From: an uncultured Acidobacteriota bacterium
GTDB taxonomy: Bacteria > Acidobacteriota > Thermoanaerobaculia > UBA5066 > Gp7-AA6
Direction of reading: 5' to 3'
DNA: 64,000 nucleotides
Assembly (NCBI GenBank): GCA_963724465.1
Contig: CAVRUT010000005.1
Coordinates: 9,611 to 73,610, forward strand
Numbering within the stretch: position 1 is the stretch's first letter; each line of letters starts with the position of its first letter. Below are positions 27,551-37,086 of this stretch, piece after piece. The position numbers and the translations under genes were made by a program. The notes below the pieces were generated by a model. It was given only the letters and a program-made list of their open reading frames with translations. It did no database searches and was not told where the DNA came from.

Positions 27551-30500
27551 ACATCTCCGAGCTCTTCATCCGCCGTCCGGTCACGACCACCCTGGTCATG
27601 GCCGGCATTCTCATCTTTGGGATCATGGGCTACCGCCTCTTGCCCGTGTCCGACCTGCCGAACGTGGACTTCCCGACGATCCAGGTCTCGGCGGCCCTGC
27701 CGGGAGCCTCTCCCGAGACGATGGCCTCTTCGGTCGCGACCCCGCTCGAGCGGCAGTTCTCGACGATCGCGGGCCTGGACAACATGAGCTCCTCGAGCAC
27801 GCAGGGCTCGACGCAGATCATTCTCCAGTTCAACCTTTCGCGGAACCTCGACGGCGCGGCGCTCGACGTGCAGTCCGCCATCTCGGCGGCCGGGCGGCAG
27901 CTGCCGCCCAACATGCCCGCCCCGCCGTCCTTCCAGAAGGTCAACCCGGCCGACCAGCCGGTCCTCTACTTGACGCTGACCTCCGCAATGCTGCCGCTGT
28001 CGCAGCTCGACGACTACGGCGAGACGATGATGGCCCAGCGCATCTCGACGGTCTCGGGCGTCGCGCAGGTGCAGGTCTACGGCCCGCAGAAGTACGCCGT
28101 CCGCGTCCAGCTCGACCCCCGGCAGCTCGCCAGCCGCGGCATCGGCATCGACGAGGCGGCCGCCGCCGTCCAGAACGCGAACGTCAACCTGCCGACCGGG
28201 ATTCTCTACGGCCCCCTGACCTCCTTCACCGTACAGGCGAGCGGGCAGCTGCTGGACGCCGCCGGCTACCGGCCGGTCATCGTGACCTACCGCAACGGGT
28301 CGCCGGTGCGGATCTCGGACCTCGGCGACGTCAAGGACGGCGTGGAGAACGACAAGAACGCGGCCTGGTACAACGACGAGCGCTCGATCTCGCTCGCGAT
28401 CTTCAAGCAGCCGGGCGAGAACACCGTCGCGGTGGCCGAGGCCGTGCGGCGCCTGCTGCCGACGTTCCAGAAGCAGCTCCCCGCCTCCGCCTCCCTGCAC
28501 GTTCTCTACGATCGGTCGGTCTCGATTCGCAACTCGGTCGACGACGTCAAGTTCACGCTCCTGCTCACGCTCGGCCTCGTGGTGCTCGTGATCTTCCTCT
28601 TCCTGCGCAACCTCTCGGCCACGGTGATCCCGAGCCTCGCCCTGCCATTCTCGATCGTCGGCACGTTCGCCGTGATGTACGTGCTCGGATACAGCCTCGA
28701 CAACCTCTCGCTCATGGCCCTGACGCTCTCGGTCGGCTTCGTCGTGGACGATGCGATCGTCATGCTCGAGAACATCCACCGGCACATCGAGCGCGGGGAG
28801 GCACCGTTCGAGGCCGCCCTCCGGGGGTCGAAGGAGATCGGGTTCACGATCCTGTCCATGACGATTTCGCTCGCGGCGGTTTTCATCCCGGTCCTGTTCA
28901 TGGGGGGCGTCATCGGGCGGCTCTTCCGCGAATTCGCCGTGACGATCGGCGTCGCGATCCTCGTGTCCGGCTTCGTGTCGCTGTCGTTGACGCCGATGCT
29001 CTGCAGCCGGTTCCTGAGGCCGGAGCGAGAGGAAAAACATGGTGCGCTCTACCGGTGGACCGAGCGCGGATTCGACGTCATGCTCGGCATGTACGCCCGT
29101 ACGCTCGGGCCGGCGCTGAGGCACCCGGGCAAGGTTCTGGCGGGATCGGCGGCGGTGCTCGCGGCCACCGGGTGGCTGTTCGTGGCCATTCCCAAGGGCT
29201 TCCTCCCGACCGAGGACCAGGGCCTCGTGTTCGGCTTCACCGAGGGCGCTCAGGGAATCGGCTTTCCCGCGATGAAGGAAAAACAGCAGCAGGTGGCCGC
29301 CATCGTGCGATCGGATCCAGACGTCGCGAACCTGCTGTCGAGCTGCGGGCCGCGCGGGAGCATCAGCGTCGGAAACTCGGGCATCGTGCTCGCCCAGCTG
29401 AAGCCGAGGTCGGAGCGCAGGCGGTCGGCGGACCAGATCATCGAGGACCTGCGCCCGAAGCTCGCGAAGCTTCCGGGCATCCGGACCTATCTTCAGGTGC
29501 CGCCGCCGATCCGGCTGGGCGGCAGTCTCTCGAAGAGCCAGTACCAATACACGTTGCAGGACTCGGACACTGGCGAGCTCTACAAGTACGCCCCGCTGCT
29601 CGAACAGAAGATGCGCGCGGTGCCGGGCCTCCAGGACGTGACGAGCGACCTGCAGCTCTCCAACCCGCAGATCGCGATCGCCATCAATCGCGATCGCGCC
29701 GCGGCCCTGGGCATCTCGAGCCGCACGATCGAGGACGCGCTGTACACGGCCTACGGCACGCGCCAGATCTCGACGATCTACGCCCCGAACAACCAGTACC
29801 AGGTCATCATGGAGCTCGCCCCCGAGTTCCAGGGGAACGCGTCCGCGATCTCGCTGCTCTACGTCCGGTCCAAGGACGGGCAGCTCGTTCCGCTGTCCTC
29901 GCTCGCGACGATCACCCAGAACACGGGACCGCTCGCGGTGACGCACCAGGGCCAGCTGCCCGCGGTTTCGATCTCCTTCAACCTGAAGCCCGGCGTCGCT
30001 CTCGGCGAGGCCGTGGCGGCCGTCGACCGGATCGCTCGCCAGACGCTTCCGGCAACGATCCAGACGAGCTTCCAGGGCACCGCCCAGGCGTTTCAGAGCT
30101 CGGTCCAGGGCCTGGGATGGCTTCTCATCGTGGCGATCGTCGTCATCTACATGGTTCTCGGGATCCTGTACGAGAGCTTCATCCACCCCATCACGATCCT
30201 GACGGCGCTGCCGTTCGCAGGATTCGGGGCGCTCGTGACGCTGCTCGCTTTCCGGATGGAGCTGTCGATCTACGCGTTCGTCGGCATCATCATGCTCGTC
30301 GGCCTCGTCAAGAAGAACGGCATCATGATGGTGGACTTCGCGATCGAGGCGCAGCGCGCCGAGGGCGTGGGCCCGCAGAAGGCGATCTACGAGGCATGCC
30401 TCGTGCGCTTCCGCCCGATCATGATGACGACGATGGCCGCCCTGATGGGGACCATCCCGATCGCGCTCGGCGCGGGCGCCGGCGCCGAGTCGCGCCGGCC

Positions 30501-30714
30501 ACTCGGCCTGGCGGTGGTGGGAGGACTCCTCTTCTCGCAGACGCTGACGCTCTACGTGACGCCGGTCTTCTACATCGTCATGGACGCCTTGAGCCGCAAG
30601 CTCGGCCGCCGCAAGGGCACCAGAGTCAAGCCGCCGTCAGGCGAGGAGGCCGCCGCTTCCGCCCCGGTCGAGGAGGTGCCCGCCGCCGTCTCGCTGCGCC
30701 TTCGCGACGTCTAG
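27547..30714 (+). CDS. RND efflux transporter (MdtB/MdtC-like)
   Basis: GTG start NISELFIRRPV, GFVVDDAIVMLENI, KKNGIMMVDFA, RFRPIMMTT. Confidence 0.94.
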   Translation: MNISELFIRRPVTTTLVMAGILIFGIMGYRLLPVSDLPNVDFPTIQVSAALPGASPETMASSVATPLERQFSTIAGLDNMSSSSTQGSTQIILQFNLSRNLDGAALDVQSAISAAGRQLPPNMPAPPSFQKVNPADQPVLYLTLTSAMLPLSQLDDYGETMMAQRISTVSGVAQVQVYGPQKYAVRVQLDPRQLASRGIGIDEAAAAVQNANVNLPTGILYGPLTSFTVQASGQLLDAAGYRPVIVTYRNGSPVRISDLGDVKDGVENDKNAAWYNDERSISLAIFKQPGENTVAVAEAVRRLLPTFQKQLPASASLHVLYDRSVSIRNSVDDVKFTLLLTLGLVVLVIFLFLRNLSATVIPSLALPFSIVGTFAVMYVLGYSLDNLSLMALTLSVGFVVDDAIVMLENIHRHIERGEAPFEAALRGSKEIGFTILSMTISLAAVFIPVLFMGGVIGRLFREFAVTIGVAILVSGFVSLSLTPMLCSRFLRPEREEKHGALYRWTERGFDVMLGMYARTLGPALRHPGKVLAGSAAVLAATGWLFVAIPKGFLPTEDQGLVFGFTEGAQGIGFPAMKEKQQQVAAIVRSDPDVANLLSSCGPRGSISVGNSGIVLAQLKPRSERRRSADQIIEDLRPKLAKLPGIRTYLQVPPPIRLGGSLSKSQYQYTLQDSDTGELYKYAPLLEQKMRAVPGLQDVTSDLQLSNPQIAIAINRDRAAALGISSRTIEDALYTAYGTRQISTIYAPNNQYQVIMELAPEFQGNASAISLLYVRSKDGQLVPLSSLATITQNTGPLAVTHQGQLPAVSISFNLKPGVALGEAVAAVDRIARQTLPATIQTSFQGTAQAFQSSVQGLGWLLIVAIVVIYMVLGILYESFIHPITILTALPFAGFGALVTLLAFRMELSIYAFVGIIMLVGLVKKNGIMMVDFAIEAQRAEGVGPQKAIYEACLVRFRPIMMTTMAALMGTIPIALGAGAGAESRRPLGLAVVGGLLFSQTLTLYVTPVFYIVMDALSRKLGRRKGTRVKPPSGEEAAASAPVEEVPAAVSLRLRDV

Positions 30715-30748
30715 CGGGCCGCCGAAGGCAGCCAGGGGCGCTCCGGGC

Positions 30749-32095
30749 CTAGGCGCGGACGGCTCGGCCGTTGACCTGGTACGCGGGACGCCCCAGCAGG
30801 AAACCCTGGCCGAACTCGATTCCGAGGTCCACGAGGGTCTTTCTCTCGGGCTCGACCTCGATGCCCTCGGCGACGAGGGTCGCGCCGATGCGCTTGCCGA
30901 TGGTGTCGAGGCTCGCGATGATCTCCCGCTTGATGGGATCGGCGTGGATGCTGCGCACGAGCGTGTCGGCGACCTTGATGTAGTCGGGCTTCAGGTGCAG
31001 GATCGTCTCGAGACCCGAGTAGCCCGAGCCCGCGTCGTCGATCGCGATCTTCATCTTCGCCCTCCGCACGAGCGTGAGGACTTCCTGGAACGAGTCGTAG
31101 TCGCGAACCATCTCCTTCTCGGAGATCTCGACGACCACGTCCCCGTGGCTGCGGTTGATGGCCGCGAGGTTACGCTCGTCGAGGAAGACCGGGTGCCGCA
31201 GCAACATCGCCGAGGCGTTGACGAAGAGGCGGCGCTCGCCGACGGCCCGCGGCAGGTTCGCGAAGATGGTCTCGAGACAGAGCGTCTCGAGCTCCACGTC
31301 CATCTCGTTCTCGTGAGCAACTGCAAAGAGGACGGTCGGCGGCTCGAGGGAGGACCCCTGGGGACCCCGGATCAGGGCCTCGTAGCCCATGATCGTCCCG
31401 TCGGGCAGGTGCCTGACCGGTTGGAAGGCGGGCCGCAGCTGCTTCTGGCCGATGACCGTCTTGAGCCCGGCGAAGAGCTCGAGCTTCTCGCTCGTCTGCC
31501 GCTGCGCGACGATCTTGACGGCTTCCTGCAGCGTTCGGATGACGTGGCGCGAGGGGCGCACGCGCGGGTTGTCCGAGGCGGTCAGACTCGAGGCGAGGAT
31601 GTTCAGGAAGTCGGAGGCCGTGCCCTCGAGGGTCTGGCGGAGCCTCCGCACGACGCTCGCGCGAAGGCGCGCGGCCTCCTCCTCGAGGCTGGTCGGCGCG
31701 CGGCCCTTGCCGGCGGGCGGCAGGTCGTAGAGGACGAAAAAACCGTCCGCGCCGGAGTAGCGGATCGAGTGGACGAGCGGGGCCAGGCGCGAGCTCCGAA
31801 CGTCGTCCTGCAGACTTTCGGAGACGGCGGCGAGAACGCGATCGTACTGCTCCCACCCGAACAGCTCCTCGAAGCCGAAGAACTTGCCGATCTGAAGGTA
31901 GATGACGCCGAGGTGCTCGACCCGCTCGTCGGCCTTCGAGGGATGGTCGAAGGGATGGATCGGAAGGCGCGTGACCGCGTCGAAGACGAGGCGGTCGCGG
32001 CGCAGCTCCTCGAGGGTTTCGGGCGTGGCGTCGCCGATCCCCGCGAAGGCCTCCGCGGGCGTTTCCGGCGCGGGGGTGAGGCGTCTCGCCTTCAT
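30749..32095 (-). CDS. EAL phosphodiesterase with degenerate GGDEF-like domain
   Basis: YEALIRG, FVN, VEISE, DDAGSGYSGL, IKV, AEGIE. Upstream YSGADGF sits at the GGDEF position. Confidence 0.88.
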   Translation of the reverse strand: MKARRLTPAPETPAEAFAGIGDATPETLEELRRDRLVFDAVTRLPIHPFDHPSKADERVEHLGVIYLQIGKFFGFEELFGWEQYDRVLAAVSESLQDDVRSSRLAPLVHSIRYSGADGFFVLYDLPPAGKGRAPTSLEEEAARLRASVVRRLRQTLEGTASDFLNILASSLTASDNPRVRPSRHVIRTLQEAVKIVAQRQTSEKLELFAGLKTVIGQKQLRPAFQPVRHLPDGTIMGYEALIRGPQGSSLEPPTVLFAVAHENEMDVELETLCLETIFANLPRAVGERRLFVNASAMLLRHPVFLDERNLAAINRSHGDVVVEISEKEMVRDYDSFQEVLTLVRRAKMKIAIDDAGSGYSGLETILHLKPDYIKVADTLVRSIHADPIKREIIASLDTIGKRIGATLVAEGIEVEPERKTLVDLGIEFGQGFLLGRPAYQVNGRAVRA

Positions 32096-32479
32096 CCTTC
32101 CTCCATGGCGTGGGATTCGTGAACGAGCGAGCGCACCTTGCGGCGGAGCTCGTCGGCGCCGAAGGGCTTGGCCAGGAAATCCGAGCCGCCGAGCTGCATC
32201 GCGGTGATCCGGTCCTTGACCTCGGAACGCCCGGTCAGGAACAGCACCGGGACCTCGCGCGTGGCGGACTGGCGCCGGAGGATCGCGCAGAACTCCCAGC
32301 CGGTCATGCCCGGCATGTTGACGTCGAGGATCGACGAGGTCCGGCGCGTCGCGGATCGCCCCGACGAGCGCCGCCCGGGGATCCGTCGGGCAATCGACGG
32401 CGAAGCCCTCGGGCAGGAGGATCTCGCGCACCGCGTCGGCGATCGTGCGGTCGTCGTCCACCACGAGGATCCGCTTCAC
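32092..32479 (-). CDS. Single-domain response regulator (frameshift near 32335)
   Basis: KRILVVDDD...PDL[fs]ILDVNMPGMTG...FLTG...KPF. Confidence 0.85.
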
Positions 32480-33746
32480 CGGCCGCCCCGCTGGAACGGC
32501 AGCATGATCGTGACCTCGGAGCCGTAGCCGGCCTCGCTCGAGAGCGAGATCTTGCCGCCGTTGGATTCGAGGATCTCCTTGGTCACGGCGAGGCCGAGCC
32601 CCTTGCCGCGCGTGCCCGAGGCGAGGGCGCCCGCGCCGCGGAAGGCGTAGTCGAACGCACGGGCTCTTTCCTCGGGGCTCATTCCCATTCCGGTGTCCTT
32701 GACGACGACGAAGGCCTGGGGCCCGGCCGCGCCGGCGCGAATGCGCACCTCGCCCCCGTCCGGAGTGTACTTGATGGCGTTGTCGAGCACGTTGCGGAAG
32801 GCGCGCTGCAGCGCGACCGGGTCGGCGGCGATCGGCAGCTGCGGGCGCTCGGCGATGAACTCGATGCGGATGCGCCCGCCGTGCGCGAGCCGGTAGGCCG
32901 TCGCGAGCGAGCCCAGGATCTCGACGAGGTCGGCGTTCTGCGGCGGCGGCGCCGCGGGCTCGGGCACCGGGGCGGGCGCGCCGACGAGGCGCTCGGCCAG
33001 CTCGATCTCGCGCGCGAGGTTGGCGAGGTAGTCCGGGTTCGGCAGCTCGCCGCGGCGGGCGGCCTCCTGGATGAGGTCCGTGTAGACGCGGATGACCGAG
33101 AGCGGCGAGCGCAGGTCGTGGAGGATCTCGGCCTCGCGGTCGCGCTCGGGCTCTCCCGGACGCCGGTGCCGGCGCAGGTGCGGGCCGCTCGGACCGGCGC
33201 GACCGTGGCCGTGGGACGGCGGTCAGCCGGAGCGGCCTCGGACGGCGCCTCGACACCGGAAGCCGCCGGCGCCGCTCCCGCGATCTCCAGAGCGACCAGC
33301 AGGGCGGGCGCCGCGAGGGCGACGCCCACGATCGGGAAGAGGTGCACGGCGCCCGAGGTCGGCAGGTGGCCGAGCGTCACGAGCGCGGCGCAGCCGAAGA
33401 GCGAGGCGACGGCGAAGAACCGCGCGGCGGTCTTGCCCTCGCAGTGCCACGAGAGGGCGACTCCCGTCGGAAGCAGCAGCGCGTACGGCGAGAGAACGCC
33501 TCCCGTCAGGGACATGGAGCAGAAGAGCAGCGCCAGGTCCGCGACGACCGCGAGCGGGGCCGCGAAGACACCGAGCGACTCGAGCACGTTTTGCCGCGTC
33601 AGCAGCAGGAGCGACGCCAGGGCCCCTCCCATCGCCAGCGCCAGCAGCCGCGGCTCGCCCAGCCCCAGCACGATCGCGATGAGGGTGAAGAGGGTGAAGA
33701 GACCGGAGGCGGCGGCGCGGTGGGCGGCGAAGGCCGCGCTTTTCAC
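32476..33746 (-). CDS. Membrane sensor histidine kinase (frameshifted)
   Basis: About 6 TM segments, FHDLRSPLSVI H-box, NVLDNAIKY, DTGMGM, GKGLGL spread across frames. Confidence 0.82.
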
Positions 33747-33797
33747 CCGCCCGCCTCGCGGTCGCCAGGCCTGGAACCAGGAGCCCGGAACCCGGAA

Positions 33798-34900
33798 CTA
33801 CGCATACGCGCAGCCTACGCGCACGCCCCCGCCCGGCAGCGGCGCAAAGTGCATCGGTTTCAGGCGGATCGGATGCCGCTCGGGATCGTGTTTCTGGATG
33901 ATCTCGGCCTTCCACCGGGGGGGCCAGCGGTCGCGCCTCTTCGCGCGGAAGGCGAGGCCGCCGTAGGACAGGTCCACGACCGGAGCGATCCAGGCTTCGC
34001 CCCGCCGCCTCTCCTCCACGCGGACGCTCATGTCCTCGGGGGCAAAGCGCGGATGGAGCCGGTGCGCCGAGGCCGCGAACGTCGATTGCGAGCGGCACTG
34101 GTAGAGCCGCAGGTCGGCGACCTTCAGGAAGAAGTCCGTGCTCTTGCCGTCGTGCGGATAGGAGGCCACCCCGTAGTGCAGGTCGAGCGCGAGCCCCGCC
34201 GCGGGCGGGCAGCGCCATCGCGCCGATCTTCTCCCTCACGCGCTCGGCCACGGCGAGCGCCGAGAACATGTCCGTGTTCGGCAGGACGAGGACGAACTCG
34301 TCGCCGCCCCAGCGGCACCCGGCGTCCACGGCGCGCAGCGATTCGCGGATCACGCGCGCCGTGCGCACGAGCACGCTGTCGCCGACCGGATGGCCGAGGC
34401 GGTCGTTGATGGACTTGAAGCCCTTCAGATCCATCAGCACGATCGAGAGAAGGGCCTCCGAGCGCTCGGCCCGCGAGATCTCGCGCGAGAGGTGATCCAC
34501 GAGGAAGCGCCGGTTGTAGAGGCCCGTCAGCGGGTCGGTGATGGCGTTGACGCGCAGGACGGCGAGGTCCGCCTCGGAGACCAGGCGCGGCTCCTTGATC
34601 ATCCCCTTCTGGCTGTGGAGGTGATGGAGCAGCACCGTCTGCAGGCCGAGCGGGGAGCCGAGCTTCTCGCGCAGGCCCGACACGAGCCGCTCGATTTCGC
34701 CCCAGCGCTCGAGCGCCTCGCTCGGCGTCGAACGGGATGCCGGTCCAGTCGGCGAGCAGTTGCCGGAGGACCTCGCCGCGCTGGCCGTTTCGGGCGATTG
34801 CGTCGAGGGACTTCTGGAAGCGGGAGAGAGAGAAGTCGCGCTGGCGGCCGAGCCGCGCGAGTCGGCCGATCCGTGCGCCCAGGTCTTCGGTTTCCCGCAT
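33798..34900 (-). CDS. Diguanylate cyclase (GGDEF) with C-terminal PilZ domain (frameshifted)
   Basis: TDPLTGLYNRR, FKSINDRLGHPVGD, RWGGDEF, then HRLHPRF and DLSYGG (PilZ-like motifs). Confidence 0.85.
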
Positions 34901-34935
34901 TCGCCTCCCGTCCCTGCCCGGCGGCCGGGCCCTCT

Positions 34936-35414
34936 TCAGCGGCTCGACGTGCTCTTCTTGCCGCGGTGCCGCGCCGGGAGATCTGTTCGCTCGGCTTCGC
35001 GGGAGAGCCGGGCGACGGCGCCGGCCGCCTCGGCCACGGCGTCTCCGAGTGAGCAGACCAGGACGAGCTGTCCGTCTTTCAAGCAGATCCACGACCTCGC
35101 GATCCGACCGCGCCCAGAGCACGGTCGAGCCGACGACCAGGAGGCGCGCTCGCCCGAGGTCGGCCGTCGGATCGAGGCGCGCCAGGGCCTCCGCGCAGCG
35201 GCGGATCCGGGCGAGCCCGACGCCGTTCGAGCGCAGGCGCGCCGCCACCCGGAGGCGCACGACGTCGGCGAACGAGTAGCGCCGGCTCGAGCCGTAGCCG
35301 CTCGCCCGTTCGAGCGAGGGGCGAAGGAATCCCTTCCGGTCCCAATGGTCGAGCTGCCTGGCCGTCAGGCCAGTCAGGCGGGCCGCCTCGGCGGTCGAGA
35401 AGCTGCGCGCAACA
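34936..35414 (-). CDS. MerR-family regulator, Rv1830-like (start uncertain, frameshift near 35080)
   Basis: FSTAEAARLTGLTARQLDHWDR...GYGSSRRYSFADVVRL...EVVDLL[fs]KDGQLV. Confidence 0.8.
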
Positions 35415-35490
35415 CACTCGTGAATTTCATCGCTGTAATTCAAAAATGTTAGCACAGACGGGCGAAAAACGCCTTCGGACGGGCCCGAAG

Positions 35491-35877
35491 TCAGGCGATC
35501 GAGACGTCGGTTTTCGCGAAATCGGAGCCCGTGCAGAGGAGCGGCTGGCCCGCCAACTTCGCGACGGCGTAGCTCAAGCAGTCACCGAAGTTCAGGGCCG
35601 CGCGGTGCAGGCCTTTGCCGTATCGCCGGTGGGCGTCCGCGGCCGCCTTCCAGTGGGCATCTCCGAAGGGTACGACGGCGATCTCGGATTCCATGACGAA
35701 AAGTGCCAGGAGGCGCTTTCCCTCGACGCCAAGGCGGGTGGTCAAGACAAGACTTGCCTCGGCGAGGGTGGGGGCCCCAACCCCCACGGCCGGTGACGCA
35801 GTCAAGCGGTCGAAGAGATCTTCCCAGCCCGGCTCTCGGATCAGGATGGCGATCAGCGCCGACGTGTCGAGGATCAG
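35491..35877 (-). CDS. vapC: VapC PIN-domain toxin
   Basis: ILDTSALIAIL...E...LNFGDCLSYAVAK...GSDFAKTD. Confidence 0.9.
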   Translation of the reverse strand: MILDTSALIAILIREPGWEDLFDRLTASPAVGVGAPTLAEASLVLTTRLGVEGKRLLALFVMESEIAVVPFGDAHWKAAADAHRRYGKGLHRAALNFGDCLSYAVAKLAGQPLLCTGSDFAKTDVSIA

Positions 35878-36147
35878 AACCCCTCCGGACCGTAGCCGAG
35901 AATCTTTTCCTGCTCTCTCTTCGAGATCCTCTTGCCGATCACGGACCGGGGAATGGATGGCCAGATCTCCTCTTCGAGGATCCGAAGCAGCTCCTTGCGC
36001 TTGTCCCTCCGTCCGAGGCGGTAGGCCAGGCGCTCCTTGCGGTCGGCGAGGCGCAGATCGGATGGCGCCCGTCTTAGAATCTCCTGTCATCTTCGCAACC
36101 TCGGCCGCGAGCCGCTCCGTCTCGGGATCCTTGATGTTCAGGCCCAT
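35874..36147 (-). CDS. vapB: VapB antitoxin (frameshift near 36050)
   Basis: MGLNIKDPETERLAAEVAKMTGDSKTGAIR...EQEKILGYGPEGF*. Confidence 0.85.
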
Positions 36148-36149
36148 GG

Positions 36150-36175
36150 TGGTAGAATTCTACCATTATGGTAGA
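36150..36175. promoter_or_regulatory. VapBC operator: overlapping palindromes TGGTAGAATTCTACCA and TCTACCA-tta-TGGTAGA
   Basis: Located directly upstream of the vapB ATG. Confidence 0.7.
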
Positions 36176-36178
36176 AAG

Positions 36179-36912
36179 ATGCTAGCCGCTGTTCTCATGC
36201 TTTCGCTGCGGTCCGCCACGCCGCCCGCCCCGGCGGCTGCCGCTGGATACCTCTATCGCACGACCTCGTTCCAGGCGGCCCCGGGCAAGCTCCTCGAGGT
36301 CGTGGACCTCTACAAGGCGGGCTGGCCGGGCTCGAAGGACAGCGGCGACGAGCCGCCGATCGCGATGCGGCACAGCCAGGGCGACCGCTGGGACCTGATG
36401 CTGCTGTTTCCGATGGGAAGCTACGCCGAGTACTACGCGCCGGAGCGCATCGCGAAGCGGGAAGGGGCGCGCGCCGCGGCGGCAGCGGCCCTGGCGAAAC
36501 TCCAGGAGGACGTCGCGTGGCAGGAGGACGTCTTCGTCCTCGGGTTGCCTCTTTCCGGAGGTTCGGAGAGAGCTCGGCGGGGCCGGCTTCTTCCACGTCG
36601 AGATGTTCGAGGCCCTTCCGGGAAGACAGCGCGACCTCTACCGGCAGCGCGAGATGGAGAACGACTACTCGAGGCGGCTGGGACTGCCGCAGAATCTGAT
36701 CTTCGTGCGCGATGCGGGCGCGCCCTGGGATCTCTTCACGATCGGCGCTTACCGGGATCTGAGGCACTACGCCGAGGGCGCGGACATTGCACCGGCGAAG
36801 ACAGGACGAGGCCGCCAGAGCCGCGGGCTTCGACGGTGCGAAGGCGATCGGGCCGTACCTGAGGACCCTGATCGCCCTCCACCATGACACGCTCGCGGTC
36901 GCGATCAGGTGA
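36179..36912 (+). CDS. Secreted hypothetical protein with two NIPSNAP-like repeats (frameshifted)
   Basis: Signal peptide, QAAPGKL...RHSQGDRWD and FEALPGRQ...GAPWDLFTI, ending HHDTLAVAIR*. Confidence 0.6.
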
Positions 36913-37086
36913 CCGCCCAGCGCTCGACCACGCCGAGCGCACTGCACGGTCCTCCGAGCGAGCCGACCATCGAAGGGAAGCCCTCAGCAGTAGGCAGCGC
37001 CGGCCAACGGCCGGCGATTACCGAGGGATCCCTTACTCGACCAACGGCAGTGACGATCGGTCCCCGTGTCGGACGCCCTCATCCAT

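Noticed and set aside
35491-36147. 218-aa VapB-VapC fusion in the ORF track
   Set aside because: Artefact of a frameshift in vapB. The corrected frame has its own stop at 35874.
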